From contig NW_027192194.1 of assembly GCF_041956535.1 (NCBI RefSeq), forward strand, positions 878,009 to 942,008: a stretch of 64,000 nucleotides of DNA, read 5' to 3'. The stretch's first letter is position 1, and each line of letters begins with the position of its first letter. Both the position numbers and the translations under genes were made by a program. Positions 39,495 to 54,003 of this stretch are shown piece after piece. Below the pieces are notes generated by a model, which saw only the letters and a list, made by a program, of their open reading frames with translations, made no database searches and had not been told where the DNA came from. Source of the DNA: Calcarisporiella thermophila CBS 279.70 (Eukaryota; Fungi; Calcarisporiellomycota).

Positions 39495-39862
39495 GAAGCG
39501 GTTCAGCAATCTTCTACAAAACGTTTCATGAGCACCAGTAGCTGATTAATTGATCAATTTTATCAAATCTTTTTTTTCACTGAAATATCCATAATTCAGA
39601 TGAATTTGATTTTCAGATGAATATAAGCCATGTGGGCCAGATGTTTATAAACAAAGCACTCAAAAAACCGGGGAAAAAAGTTATTTGAGGTCCAATATTT
39701 ATTATAATAAAAGCAATAAACAGTTTAGATAAAGTGGGAAATTTTGAAATGTCAAAGCTACAATCAAGCAAAGGAGGCTCTCGGAAAAAAAGGAGAAAGA
39801 AAATTCAAGATTAAAGATTAGGAGAAAATAAGACCCAGAAAGTAGTGTGGAAAGTAAGAAAT

Positions 39863-41615
39863 TTATAAATGACACGTGCTGCAGGTGATAAATCCAATAA
39901 ATTTGCTCCAAAACCCTTTCTTGCGTTGAATGTTTCCTTGTTGGGGCAGTGCCATCGGCATTTCGTCTGGATTAGTTGGTGCTTGATCATCATGAGTCCT
40001 TCCTGGACTCTGCCGCTTCTGTCGATACTGTTGGCTCAAATTAGCTTGACTTGTGGAGGGTTGGGTGGGCGGCCGTCCAAACGACTGGACTCGCTGTAGT
40101 CCCGAACGATGCCGAGGGTCTGAAAATTGTAATGCTGACATGGATGGGATGTTACCACTGCGCTGCAATGCAGATGATCCCCGAAGTGATACACGTGTGT
40201 TGGCCAAGTCCTCACGCATACCATAGGATGCACTTAGTCTTGTATGCTAGTAGATGAGTGAAAAGATACGAATAAGACTAGTGTCGAATACTTTGATCCT
40301 AAACCTGCCAAAGAATGACTCAATTACCTCTAAGGCTTTTCCTCCCAGAACCATCCAATCGAAAATCCCATCGTCCACCTCGCCAATATTTCTCAAAACT
40401 TGGGACATTAGATCCCGTAGAAAATCATAATCGGGTGTCTCCTCGAATCCAAGTTTCCGAACATAATTTAAATAAATGGCAAATTCCTCTATTGTGGTAT
40501 AAGTAGAGTTTATATATAAGTGAGAGCCAAAAAGATATATTAAGTAGCAGATACTCTACCAGGAAATCCGGCACACAGGTCCTTGACAGGTGTTGTTTGC
40601 TTCTTCTCACCAATCTTTTCATATTTTTGCTTGTTGGTTGCAGCTTTCAGCCCTTGCCATGGAAGTGATCCGCGTAAAAAATACATGAAAACATGCCCGA
40701 GGGATTCCAAGTCATCTCTTCGTGATTGTTCTACAGAGCATAATAACATTAATGCAAAATGAGCCTCTGGCCTCCGAGCTAGTTGGCATATTTCAAGAGT
40801 ACATACCCCTTCCTAAATGAGTGTTGATACTCATATATCGTGCAGTTCCGCTCAAACTCTTCCTTTCCCGGTACGGTATATGCATTTTTGTCTTTGGGTC
40901 TCTGTATTGCTTTGCCATCCCGAAATCGACCATAAATACAGTGTTGGCTAGCTTGCTTCCAGGTCGGCCAATCAGGAAGTTGTCTGGTTTTATATCGCGG
41001 TATATGAGATTTTTCTCGTGCACGGTTTGCACTCGAGTGAGCATCTGTTTCGCCAGCATAGCGACGCACTTGATACTAAATTTCCGACCACATATATCAA
41101 AGAGATCCTCCAGACTCTTCCCTAGCAGATCCTCCACAAGAATATTGTACATGCCCTCCTGGCCAAAATAGTAAACTGCGGGTATACCAACTAGTATTGG
41201 AATAAAATCAATTTAGCAGTCATACTAGAACAAAGGCTCATAAGATAGCTGTGGCTCACCACATCCAGCAAGAATTTTATATGCTCTATACTCGTCTCTT
41301 AGTTGCGGTGCATCTGTTTTACGCGGCTCAAACTTGATAGCCACTGGCTGATTATTAAGAAGATTGGTGCCTATAAGAGCCATAATAGGGAGAGCAGGCA
41401 GTAATCAGTAAACAAGCTTCGACAGAGCATATTTAGATGGCATGACACCACACTAGAGAAGCAAAAAATCACTCACCTTCGTAGATTATACCAAACGAGC
41501 CCTCGCCGATTTTCTTATGAATCCGATAATGTACACCGACGACATTGTTTGGCGAGGGAAGACCATGATGAGTGCTTGCAATGCTATTAGAGAGGTGATG
41601 ATGCTGATTAGCCAT
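39863..41615 (-). CDS. Casein kinase I, Yck/CK1-gamma type with C-terminal Cys pair
   Basis: [51 protein letters not shown] and LPWQGLKA; ends TCSTCHL. Confidence 0.93.
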
Positions 41616-42811
41616 GCTAGGATCTCATATGCTTCCCGCTTCTTTTGTTTTTTTTTCGAAAGCTAAAAGAGAAGAATGACTTGTGCCCGCCACGAGACTC
41701 TGCTCTTTTTACAGTCGATTAAAAGTGGATATTAATTAGAAGGAACGAAAACAAATGATGGTAATCCCGCTATGAAACTTCGTGGTGATGGGAAGTAGTA
41801 GATAAATTTCTCGCGAGAGTAGAAAGGAAAAAGAGAAAGGAAAAAAAAAAAGATGACAGTAGTAACGATAAAATCTATAGGGAAAGAGTAATTAATAATG
41901 CAGGGTCAATCTTCGACTTGTTGCGAAAAGTCCGAAGATGCAAAACAAAGCAAATGACTCTGATGGCGAATCTGTCTTCAGCGATGAAAGCGGTGTTTTA
42001 GAGAATATCAGGTGGTGTATCTAGTTTCTAGACTGGTGGGTGGGTTCGGAGAGATGAATGGTGCGAGGCCTTTGCACCGTTTATTTTCTCCTGCCTCGAT
42101 CAATTCACGGGGGGTTTCTTGCTGCGCCAAGAGCTATCTCGCAATGCTTAAATAGGTGTAACATTTTTGGATGATATTTGGAAGCGATTCTAGGGCTGGA
42201 TCTGCCGAACCGCAGGAGAATTGGAACACGAGCGTATTCGCAATATAACCGTGAAATTTTAGAGGGGAGTCAATACTATGGCTGAGTAAATATAGACTGG
42301 AGAAAGAGAGAGTAGCATTCTATTGCTGCCACAAGTGCTCGACGAGTGATTTCGTATTTGAGATAGGGGCGAGATGAGAATCAGCATTAGCGGACTTTTC
42401 GGTCTCTGTGCTCGCTCTATTATGTGGTGATATCAAACTCTATTTTTTTTTTCCTTTTGAAGAAAGCTCATCTTAGATCTGGAAGATGGAAATTCGTGTG
42501 AAACCATTTATTAGAAATATATATGTATGTATAGTATATAGTAAAAGATTTGAAAATAAGAAAAGATGGAAGAGTTTTGAAATAAGGAATCAAGGAGGAA
42601 TTTTTCATAAAAAAAAGATAGAATAATAATGAAAAAAAAGGTAAGGGTGGTGAAGCAAAAGAAATATCCATTCCAAAAAATATATATATTAAGGCAACAG
42701 TGCCCAACATTCCTAAATCCAAAAAAATCTTCCAACTACGAGAACCACATCAATACAACATATTCATATAAATAGAGAAGGAAAGGGCGAATGGTAAATA
42801 GCGAATGACGC

Positions 42812-45759
42812 TTATTCTTGTCCGAAGCCTACCGTCTCTTCAACTGCAAGAGTAAGCTAGTAAGGGGAATAAATTCGTTAGCCAGAGTTCACCCAGCTTA
42901 TGCAGACTGATGTAGCTTACCTTGGAGACCAACGTTTCATACTCCTTGTACGGAGGTAGGTCAATCCGGTTAAAACATGTATGACTCTTGGGCAACTGCG
43001 ATACGTCGCCCGCTTTCTCAATAGTGAATCGCCGAGGACCATCGCTCCCTTGTAAATCTTTGAAACCGTTGACCGGAATACGGGATGTACCAGTTGCAAA
43101 TTGAAGTAAACGAGCGCGTTGCTCATTGTCCCATGCTCGTACACATTTCCAGAACCACTGGACGGGCTCATCTTGCTCCGTATAACCACGGTAATCAGTG
43201 TGCTTCTTCCAGTCATCCACATCGATCTCGGCAATTCCACCGATGAGCAGCTCGAGCTCACGCTCGTCAAAAACGGCGACCAGGTCCGGAGGAATAAGCT
43301 GGTGGAAACCCTCCGCAAATGCATTGAATTGTTCTTGTACTCGCCTCGTGATACGCCACTCGGACATGAGCTCCACGTACTCTTTCTTGTTTTCCTCTGT
43401 AACAGTGATGTTGCTTCCGTCTGGTTTCAAGTCAACGGTCACCACTTCGCCAAACCGATCATCCTCCGTTGAAAATGTAAGCTCGAGTACATCGGTGATG
43501 TCGTTCTCGAGAATCCAGGTTAGGCTGCGGAAAAACTCCGCATCCACACTCTCCATATCGCTAAGCGAGATCTTTTTCTTTAAAATCATCTTGTAGAATG
43601 AAACAATAAAGAAAGCATCGAGGAAGCGTCTATGGAATATGGCGAGGCCAACACAGCGGCCAATAAACTTGAAATAATTTAGGTGCTCGGGGTTGATCCC
43701 TGAGTGTGGGTTAATTTGTAGGGTATAGTTGTCGTGGGCAGAATACTCGAAAAGCCCGTAGAACGGGTTGAACATTTCGTGTGAAAGCAAGAAGAAAAAC
43801 TCTCTGTGTAGCAAGAGCAAAAAGTTATACACATGGGATGTATGCTCATAAGAGAGAATAGGTTGGGATAAAATACCTTGACACGCCACCATAATCCAAA
43901 CCCTCCTCCCCATCAAACTTGATCATCAAACGCTTCTTCAAATCCGAGGGTGACTGGCGCATAATCTCTGAATATGAATCCTCAAATATATGGCTTCGCC
44001 GAACTCGGATATGGCACTGACCCGGAACAGGCCGCATTGCGGCTTGCGATCGGAAATAAATAAGCTTCCGGCGGAAGTCTCGCTTGTATTGTGGTACATT
44101 CTGATCGAGACTACTTGGAAGGCGAGGATCGTCCCAGGTGGTTGTCTTCGTGTTGTGGTCAACAAAATAGACTCGTCCAGTCGAAGTTAGGCGCATCTCC
44201 CAACCGGAGGGCAAAGAGCCGAGGGCAGCAAGAGCTTGTTGTTGTATAGTGACTTGGTTGTCCGAGTTTCCACCATACACACGCACATATTGCTGCCGTC
44301 TAGGGTCAACCCAGGTTGTGGTCCGAGTGTTGTGGTCAACAAAATAGGGTCTTCCTTCGGGTGTGACGCGCATCTCCCAGCCGGGCGGCAGAGGTCCGGT
44401 GCCGGGCGTTGTTGCATTCATCATCGTGGTCCCAATACCACTAGTAGGTCTTGAAGCAGAGGTGGATGCTTGTGGTCCTCCCGACACACTGGTGTTGCTC
44501 GCGGAGCCATCAACTTCTGGGAGAGTGCGGGTGTTATGACGACGTCGTTCCATCTCGGTCACTTGCTGACGGTCTTGTGCACGCTGGGTGGCACTGGTTG
44601 AAGGTCGGGTCCAGGTTGTGGTCCGGTTATTGTGGTCTACATAGTAGGTGCGACCCAAGTGATCCACACGACGCTCCCAACTATTAGACAAAATGATGAG
44701 ATGAAAACCCCATTTAGAATATTCCGCAGTGCCGACAGAAGTTTACCCTGGTGGGAGCGGGCCATATTGATCCTCAAAAGAGGAGAGAGTTCGGTTATTT
44801 CCCGAAGTTGTCGACGCTGCTTGCTGGGGATGTGAATCATTGGAAGCAGGTGTGGGTCCATTATTTAACGGTAAAGGCATACTAGCTCGCTGTATGGCAA
44901 TTGCATCTGTCTCGGATCTGCTCGTGGAAGCTCGGGAGCCATGGGATGGTGTGCGCCGAAGCTCGTTAGTGCGAGGAGAGAGTGTGGAGTAGTTGCTTTG
45001 AGGGAGAGTGTCGGATGTATTTGAGGAGAGATTAATGATGAGTTTACCATGGACAACCTCGTTTGCGTTGGATTTTTTTAGCTCTAGAGTTAACATTTCT
45101 ATGGTTTTGTTTTTGAATAGACAGTTAGTAAGATGGCGATGAGATGCACCGCAATCAGACTAATATTACCATCGCCACCAGCGGTAACATCAAACACATT
45201 CCCCACTTGGATATTGATTACCCCTAGGAAACCCTGATCTTTCTTCTTGAACTTTTTCTGATCGAAAATTTGAATTGCAATGACACTTTGGTTGCTCACT
45301 TGCCTAATAGTGGAACAATTGAAATCGATCAATTCTCCACGCCATTTTAAAGAGAAATAGAATCATACAAATCAAAGCTCTGGTTCCAATAAGGGTTCAG
45401 CGTCTTTCTAATAGCAGATGTGGTGCGAGTCTGTTCTCCGTCGACCGTAACAACTGCAAAAGGATCGGGTAATCCTGGGAAGCAAATATTAGTTGAATGA
45501 GCGCCAACACATTATTTTAAAGTAACAACAGGAACACTCACGGAAAACATCGCGCTTATAAAGACCATCCGCTGCTATGACTACAAAGGGGAATAAAATA
45601 TGGGTTATATTAATGCTGCCAAGGTATTTCTCAATCTCATACCAGTTAATCGAACCGCGCGTCTGCATTGGAGAAAATACATAATTAGTATAAATCAGGG
45701 TGTTACCACATGACAGATTAGGTTTACGCTTCTGGACGATTGGCACTGTTGGAGCTCAT
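42812..45759 (-). CDS. RSP5: NEDD4-family HECT E3 ligase (C2, three WW, HECT)
   Basis: [13 protein letters not shown], three WW domains, [22 protein letters not shown]; ends ETVGFGQE*. Confidence 0.96.
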
Positions 45760-46405
45760 TTTGATAAAAATACTCAACTGACTTAAGGTACCGAAATTCC
45801 GTCAGATGCAACTTAAGTGTCATAAAAGTACTAAAAGAAAGAATACACCTGTAATTTCTCTGTTTAGTGAGAAAGCAGAAGTTATTAGCCGTGGATGGGG
45901 GTTGGTCAATGATCCCTCATGCAATTAGTGTGCGATCGAACTTAATTTGAGAGTAAAATGAGAGTAAAATGCCAAGATTTCAATTGTTCCTGCGGCATTT
46001 TCTTTCTTTCTTCCTTTTCAACCGGACATTAATTTACCAGAGGCTATTTACCTTGAAAATATTCTCTCGTTAGCGCATTATCGACGAAAAATCGGTGAGC
46101 TGTGGAGAGAAGTGTAGGGAGCAAAGATAGTAGATATAAAATAATGAATGTTCGTCTTGTAGCACGTCACAAATTCCCATAAAAATACTATTCATGATGG
46201 AATTAGCCTTTGCAAATTTTATTTCTCCTTTTTCACAGGAAAAATAAAAGATCAAATGTTAAGAGAAGAACCGGCACAGAAAATAGGGTAAAGGCATTTG
46301 GCCCCCAAAATAAAATTCCTTAAAAAAATAAAATAATAGAAATAAAAAAATGCAATTCATTTTAAAAAAAAAATAATAATCTAGTAATACGAAAAAGTAT
46401 TCTCT

Positions 46406-49400
46406 TCACTCATCCGCCTCCATAGGCAAATCGGCGGGCTTCACCATTCCAGGTACCTTCAAGGCGTACTCTCGCTCCAGTTTTCGCTTCTCCTCGAGTT
46501 CGGCTTCTCGCTCTTCCAAGAACAAATCTGCATTGTCCGTGCCGGCAAACTCCTTCAACTGAATGAGGAAATCGCGCACGTGCAATTTAAACGTGTTCAG
46601 GTCATTATTGAGCTGGAAAAGACCGATGGTAAAGCGTTGGATCTGGGCAAGTTGAAGATGGGGGAACGCGGTTTGCAAGAGGTTGACGATGTATTCCTGG
46701 AGGAATTCTTTATTAGTAATGTTGGGGTTCGGCACTTGAGCAGGATCGAAGAGAGGTGCCTGGATAGCACCTGACTCAAGCAGCTGGAAGAGACGTGCGA
46801 GAACTATAGTTTGCATCTTAAAACCTAGGAGATATGGGTGTAAGATGGGTCATTCGCAATCCTTTGGAGATATATGGTTAGTTAACCTACCGCTCTTGTG
46901 ATCAGTATCGCTCAATACATAGAATACGTCTTGTAAAATGCTGAGGAAATAAGACTGGAAGAAAGCATTGGCGATGGCCGGCTCGGATGCGGTAAAGTTA
47001 TTGATAAGTTCAAGGCAAATTTGCAGACCTGTGTCCGCAATGTCACGCATTGTATGCTTAAATGCCCAAACGATGCTGTCCATGACGAGTTTGAATTGTG
47101 GTTGAGAGAGCCTCAAGAGAGCTACACATCAATCAAGGAAATAAACAAATTAGCATACGACCCTTACGCCTAGATCAGAGCTGGAGTATACCTTGGAAGC
47201 AATGCTTATTGATGGCTTGCAATAATTTGAAGAATGCTACGCGGTGTTCGGGGTATTCAGCGAAATCTTTGTTGATCATATTGAGTGTACACTCGAAGAC
47301 TGCCTCGAGGATGATGGGGACTTTGTCGGTCATGTGCGAGCCTAATTTGCTTACCACCGTGGCCATTAACCCGAGCACTTCTGAATCTCGCGCCTGCTCT
47401 ACGTTCCGATTATAGTCTCCTAGAACAGCCTCGAGAAGGGGAGGCACCATGTTGTTTGTAACAGCTTCGAGATCTTCAGCACGAGTCACATACGTATCCA
47501 CCAATTTTAGCACCTCCTTCTTGATTGTGCGCAATGCACGCACACGGCTGTGGCGCGCCGCAATTGCACCTTGAGCTTTGATGGTGTCCGAGATGATCCC
47601 ACTCACCGCCTTATAGAGACCGAGCATGTCCATGTAGATGCGGCCCATTTGAATATAGAATCCACTTCCGATTGAACTGCATGCAGCAACATTCGTCTTA
47701 AGAATGTTGCCAAGCACTTTGACAGTGTCTGGGTTATTTAGGACGTCGACATTCCCAGCTGCCTGTGCCATTATTTGGTCCCACTAGCAGATGGAGAGAG
47801 TTTTAGCCATCTAGATAATCTAGCCTCTAGAGAAGTAAATTCACTTACTGCAGTGTTTGGCATCGCCATGCACTTATTGATCAATCGCTCCTGGGCCGCC
47901 TTATTTCCCTGGGCCGAGATCATGCACCCGACAGCCTCGTAAAAAGTATGAACCTTTAAATGAAACCAAGAGGGGGAGCAATTCGTAAATATAAAGTCGT
48001 AGGAATTTAATAGTAAAATGTAGGTCTACCTGTTGTGAGGACAAATCGGATGTAATTCTGCTCATATCATCGAGAATCTCGTCAATAAATGGCTGAACTT
48101 CTCCAGGCTGTTGAATTACGAAATGACGTTTACATTTCTGTGCGATTTTGATAAACGTATCGCAAGCCATATCTTGAACTCCTATAGTCAAATAAATGCC
48201 GTGTTAGCATTCGTTCCAAAAAAAACATAAGTGTAAGATCTTTTTTTCGCACCTTCATGCAATTCATGCATGAACTCAAAGAGCTTGTTAACCACAGTCT
48301 TTAAGAATTTCCAGTGTGCACGCAAGAACCGTGGGTATTGGCCGACAATATACATGATGTTAGATGCAACCACTGCCTTGTTATCTTTGCCACGCTTCAT
48401 CTCGCATAGAGAAAGCAAGTCCTTAATCACGGTCACAAGGAAACGTTTTTCAGTTTCCTCACTCATTGCCCCTGATATGGAGCCAATAGCCCAGCAGAGT
48501 TTATTCAAATTAGCCCATGACCACTCCGTACCATCCATCTAAAAAACCATGAACCGATATAAGCAACTAGACGAAGAAATGCACGGGCTAAAAGATGTTG
48601 CCTTTACCTGACGGGATAACTTATTTGTCATGATGACCTCGGTATTAATCACATCCAAATGGGTGAGGTAGACCAAACATTCACGCATAGATTTGTAAAG
48701 CATGATTGTGTCACTTTCTTTTACAAACTCACGTACGATTTCACCTTCATCATTCTCCACTACCAGTACCTTTTAAAGAAAAGCTGCGTTAGCATGAATT
48801 GAAAAAATAGTAATGCTGACACAATAACAACCTCCTCAGGTTTAACCATCCGCTCTATCATGACTACCCTCAGATGAGTGAGGATCTCTGAGTATAAAAT
48901 TCTTCGAGATTGGCTTTGGTTAGATGAGTTATTCATTGGATTCAAATTTAACAACGGCATATCCTGCGTTTGTAATTCCTCGTAGAGTTGTTGAACCTAA
49001 GGCAGTTATTTAAATTCATCTGTGAAACATTACAAAACCATAAATAGGCCAAATTAATGTGACTTACCAAGCCATTCCAATACTCAAGACACACTTTAAA
49101 GATTTCACGCTCCTCAACTTGTGAGATTTTTACAAGATATCGATGAGCCACAATTAGCAACTCATGCAGCTGTGGTTTTTTCTCCAACAACTATCATCCA
49201 AGTATAAGTGAGTCAATTGAAATACCCTCGTCAAGTATATTCTCATTCGAAATACCTTTAGATGAGCACCTAGGAAGCTGGCAAAGAAAAGTGCAAGATT
49301 TTGCACAAACTCTTGATCTTCATTGGAGCTATTTTCGTATGCAACCGCAATATCTAGAAGATAAAAGTTGATTTATATCAATCATCTCTTTCATCCATCA

Positions 49401-50693
49401 TTTCGAACCGGAGAACAAATACCTGCGTTCATGGGTATAATAGATTGAACGGATGCCATCACCAAGCTAAACATCTTTATGAATTTCTCATCGTACTCTT
49501 CACCCACGGTCAACGCGCCGATCTCTGTCAAACATTTCAAGGTAACATTGCGAAATTGGGGCACCTCCAAGAACTAAAGAAAAAAAACAAAGATGAGGTT
49601 AAAATGCTCTTGGAAGACATTAAAAAATGTGCGCAAATAGCTACCCTATCCCGAAGATTTTCAATGATATTTGTCTCGAAAATGTAGCCAAGCGGAATCC
49701 AGTTCAAGAAACGCAGTAATGTCTCCAGCGTTGCTTGGATTAGACTAGGCTTCTGTGCCTTCTCCAAAACCTCAATACACAGCTGAAAGATTTCTGAAAA
49801 TTCGCCGCACATGGTCGACTTCAAGTTTTTACTCTTAGCCTGGGTCATTTGCTCTGCGGAGAAATCAAAAATCTCCTCGCTAGAAGAGAGGGCATAAAAC
49901 CAAAGAACATGAGCGTAAAGATCAGGGTAGGAATCAAGTTATAACAATACCTTAACAGTTTCAAAATAGCAAGATTGTTTTCACAAACAGGTAAGCTTGT
50001 ACGGCTAGAACTGATGATTTCTGATATAAACGTGGGCCAATTATGGGGCCATTCTTGCTTCAAGATCTAGCGGAGGACGGGAATTGTAAGCCGCCATTAG
50101 AGCCTTTTGATTACCTTGAAAAATAAATACCTGTACTAGCACCATGTTTAATTTGGTGATGTAAGTTCTCTGACTGTGAAGCATGGACTCGTCTGAGGAC
50201 ACTTTTAATATTACAGACACCACATAATTTCGGATACCTATAGGAATGTTTAGTAAGAATATAAATAGAAAAACCAACAATGATATAGTGTTGTAAACTA
50301 CCGATGCGTTGTTCATTAGGTAGAGTTTTCCACCGTGTCTGCACGAATTTTTCGAGAATTTGCAGAGCAATAAATTTAGTCTGAGGCACGGTCGAGAGTT
50401 CCAGTATTCGATCAACCCGTTGCCATGCATCTGGGTGTTCTTGAAACTGTGTCAACACCTGTTGGGCCATTTGTTGCTAAACAAAACAATATCATATGTT
50501 TATGAATACTTGAGTCATAGAGAGTGAATTTATATATGTACCTCTGAGCCTCTGCCTTGAAAGAATGTTGTTACCACCTGATCGAGCAAACCGACATCGA
50601 GATCCCGACTAAAATCAAGTATAGACTAGGTAGAAAAATCTTCTCTGTGAGCATAAAATCAGTCAATCAGGATTCAGAGCTACTTACATCCAT
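46406..50693 (-). CDS. CRM1: Exportin-1
   Basis: MD|[58 protein letters not shown] and VPGMVKP. Confidence 0.96.
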
Positions 50694-51643
50694 GGTTGTC
50701 GGTGATTACTCTATTTGATTTTCACCTCTGTAGTCAATAAGTGTAAATATCTCAGGTTTATATCCCACCCTTTTCTACAGAAGAAAGAAAAAGCCAGTCA
50801 ATACGATCTTCAGGTGATTTCCAGTATCACATGAACAAGAATCAGGGTAAATTCTCACATTGATAGAAGGAAGAGTATGTTGCAGAGCTGAAATGCCAGA
50901 GTTTATCAGAGATAAAGGAAAACGCGTGAAGTTCTTTATTTTTCCACGCTGTCAACTAGATTAAGTGACGTCATCCATTACAAATTATTCTCTTCTTCGG
51001 AACACCTGAAGTTGTTTATCTCATCCCGTTTCCGACGAAGGGTTAAGGCTTGAAATTGAGCCTTTAGCTCTTATGTTAAAATTAAGTCATATGGCGAGGA
51101 ATGAGTTGCATAACCAGATTTGTGGGCAGTAGGCGACGGAGCGCAACATCACCACTGCATGTCATCGGTGAAGCAGGAAGTGCATTCGTAAAGTGCGACA
51201 TCCTACAAGCTGCTCACACCGGTGTTTCCCGAGAATACCAAATGGCAATGTATTGGTAATGGATAGTTTCTTTGGGTCGACTGAGATCAACCAAATAACA
51301 TAATAAAATCTTGCAATTGGCTATTCATAGTGTAGATTGCACTGAGTCGAGAAGTGCAGCCGTTCTTCGGCCAACATCTCGGCCTCCAGCAAGTGATGCT
51401 GAAATGAGCGGCCTGCCTCTGCTCCAATCTTGGTCAGAGTTCATCCTCAGCAGCTCTATCTCTATTTCTCCTGTGAATAACGTGAATTGACAAAAAGCTG
51501 AGTTGAATTCAGAGCCTTTTTTGAATTCGGGCCTCCCTATTGGCTTCCAAACAAAATAAACTTTTTAAAGGGCCAAAGCAGAACACGCATCGCCCTACTC
51601 AAAGTATCTCATTGTTTTAAGAATTCTCCAAGGGCAACTAACC

Positions 51644-53152
51644 ATGTCCTATAATGATCCCCGATACAACCGGGATTACTCCGACTACCCAGCCAATCTC
51701 CAGAGGGATCCCCACGATTATGATTATCGTAATGTAACATCGGCTTCGCATGCTCATCCCTACGTAGAGGATGAAGTTTATGCTCCTAAAGCACAGTTCT
51801 CCAATCATGCTGCGCATGATTATTCCGGCATTCACGACTATTCAAAGACCACGCATCCAACACAACCATCCTATTACCCTGCTGAACTCAACCAATATGA
51901 TGCCTACAATGCTGAACCCTATAAACACCAAGACCCTCACTACGGTTATGACGGTTATGACGGATATGACGATGTTCCCATGAAGAAACTTGCCCCGAAA
52001 ACCACTTACCCACCTACAGACTATCATGAAAATGAGGTTTCACTACAAAGTCGCGAAAATAATACGGCGCCAGCACAGTCCGAGCGTACTGTTCCAAACT
52101 TTGCCACTTCTAATTCAGCTGCCAACGAACCTGCGCTCACGCTTTTTTCGCAATCAAAGGATGGCTATGCTCGCTTTGATGAGGACAATATCAAACCCAA
52201 AAATCGCAGGCGATTTATGGGTGCATGCTGCGGGTGCTGTCCAGTATGGTTACGGTTCGTGTGCTGCGGCTTTCTGGTTGTGATAATTGGTCTTGGAATA
52301 GCAGCTGGAGTCATTGCAGCAACATTTAAAAAGGTGAGAACATCCAGTGTAACCTGGTGACTGACTGACTAACCTATTCTCTACATAACCCACAGCCTCA
52401 GATAGAATTCAAAGGAGTTTTGCCTCAAGGAAATGGATTTTCCAGAGGCGAAAACAACTCAGTTGTAATTGATCTCAAATTGCAAGTGCACATTAATAAT
52501 CCAAACATACTTGGTGCCACCTTTTGGCTAATAAAAGCCGATGTGAATATGCTTCTTTTGCCACTGAGGAACTCTCGGGTAACCTGACATCTATTTCTGT
52601 AGGCATTTTACCCACTAGACACTTCTCATGACATCTTCATCGGAACTGGGAACCAAACAGACGTTACCATTTCAGCACACTACGATGACCATATCCTGTT
52701 CCCTCTTTCATTGACATTTGATCTAAAAAAGGAGGTAATCTATATTATTAATCTATGTCAATCTCAACGAAACCATCTTATCTTCAAATGCCTATTTTTC
52801 TCAATAGGAGTACAAGAAGGTAGCCTGGGATTTCGCTGGCAGATGTGGACTCACCAACGGCCAACAGCCGCAGCAGCTCACTGTGAAATATAATTTAAAT
52901 TTAAATATCAAAATTTTATTTATCAATATATGTAAGATGACGCATTTTCTTTCGATGTGCAATATGATGCTAACGTCTTTGCTCCACAACTACAAAGCTC
53001 CAACTATTGAGGACCACGCCAAATTCACCTGTCCGAAAGAATTAAATGTAACCTTTTAGTTTGTTTATCTTCCAATATCCTAGCTCTAACTTCTTTCCTT
53101 ACTTTAGAATCCAGAATTAGGGAAGATGCTTACCGATAGTTTCTCCGCCTAA
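51644..53152 (+). CDS. Type II membrane protein: Tyr/His/Asp-rich N-terminus, Cys-rich juxtamembrane region, TM, LEA_2-like luminal domain
   Basis: CCGCC..CC before TM; spliced P.IEFKGV, HINNPNILGATF, IGTG and LAGRCG..CP. Domain call is pattern-based. Confidence 0.65.
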
Positions 53153-54003
53153 AGGCAAATATACCAACAAAAGAAGAGGCTCTAAATATTCCTTCAAGGT
53201 GTATTTATAACATTTTGTATCACTAACACACGTGTTATATCCTCGGATCCCCTTACTTTAAAGGGAAATGCACTCTTTATTTATTGTTATGAGAGTACAC
53301 TATTACTGTACCGAAGCCTTATATAAAATAAAATGAACCGTCTCTCTATAACGGGGGCTTCAATAATACATTGAATTTAGATATACGTCCGTATGTGTAA
53401 AGTACGGGTATTTCACTGTCATTCATGCATTGTTCGAGACCAAAACTTTACCAGATGAATGCGTGAGCGCCGTGCGGATTTATCTGCCCTTAAAATCGAA
53501 AGGTGGAGCTACTATTAAAAAGAACTTGCTCAAAACTTTCTACCCATAGTTACAGTAACACAGAGGGACAATCTACAATATATCCATATGTAAAAAAAAG
53601 GAACTGCAATAGATCGAAAAGAATGATGGAAGCTTCGGTTTTGATGCAACTCTTCGGACTTGAGTTTTAACAGCACCCTGTAGGCGATCACTGAACACGA
53701 AAAAAGGGCTTTAAAACTTGTATGTTTTTATTTTCTTGACAAGTAGAGTTTAATCATTCGTGAAAATCTATATAGATGGGCCGAAACAATGCTTTTTCCT
53801 TTGACCCTGATTTAATTTATCTCAATAGTGCGGTAGCTTATCGCGAAGGTTAGTATTGTTTGTATTGCTAAATGATTTCAAATGATTCTATTTGAAATTT
53901 CACCGTATGGAATCAAATCCCCCCCCGGCAAAGACCCTAACTCCAATTTATCACCTTTGATATTAAATATCAAACCATTTAAATTTATAACTCACGCATC
54001 GGA

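Noticed and set aside
42468-42735. Phe/Ile-rich short ORFs (also 35763-35987 and 39702-39911)
   Set aside because: Translations of AT-rich 3'UTRs.
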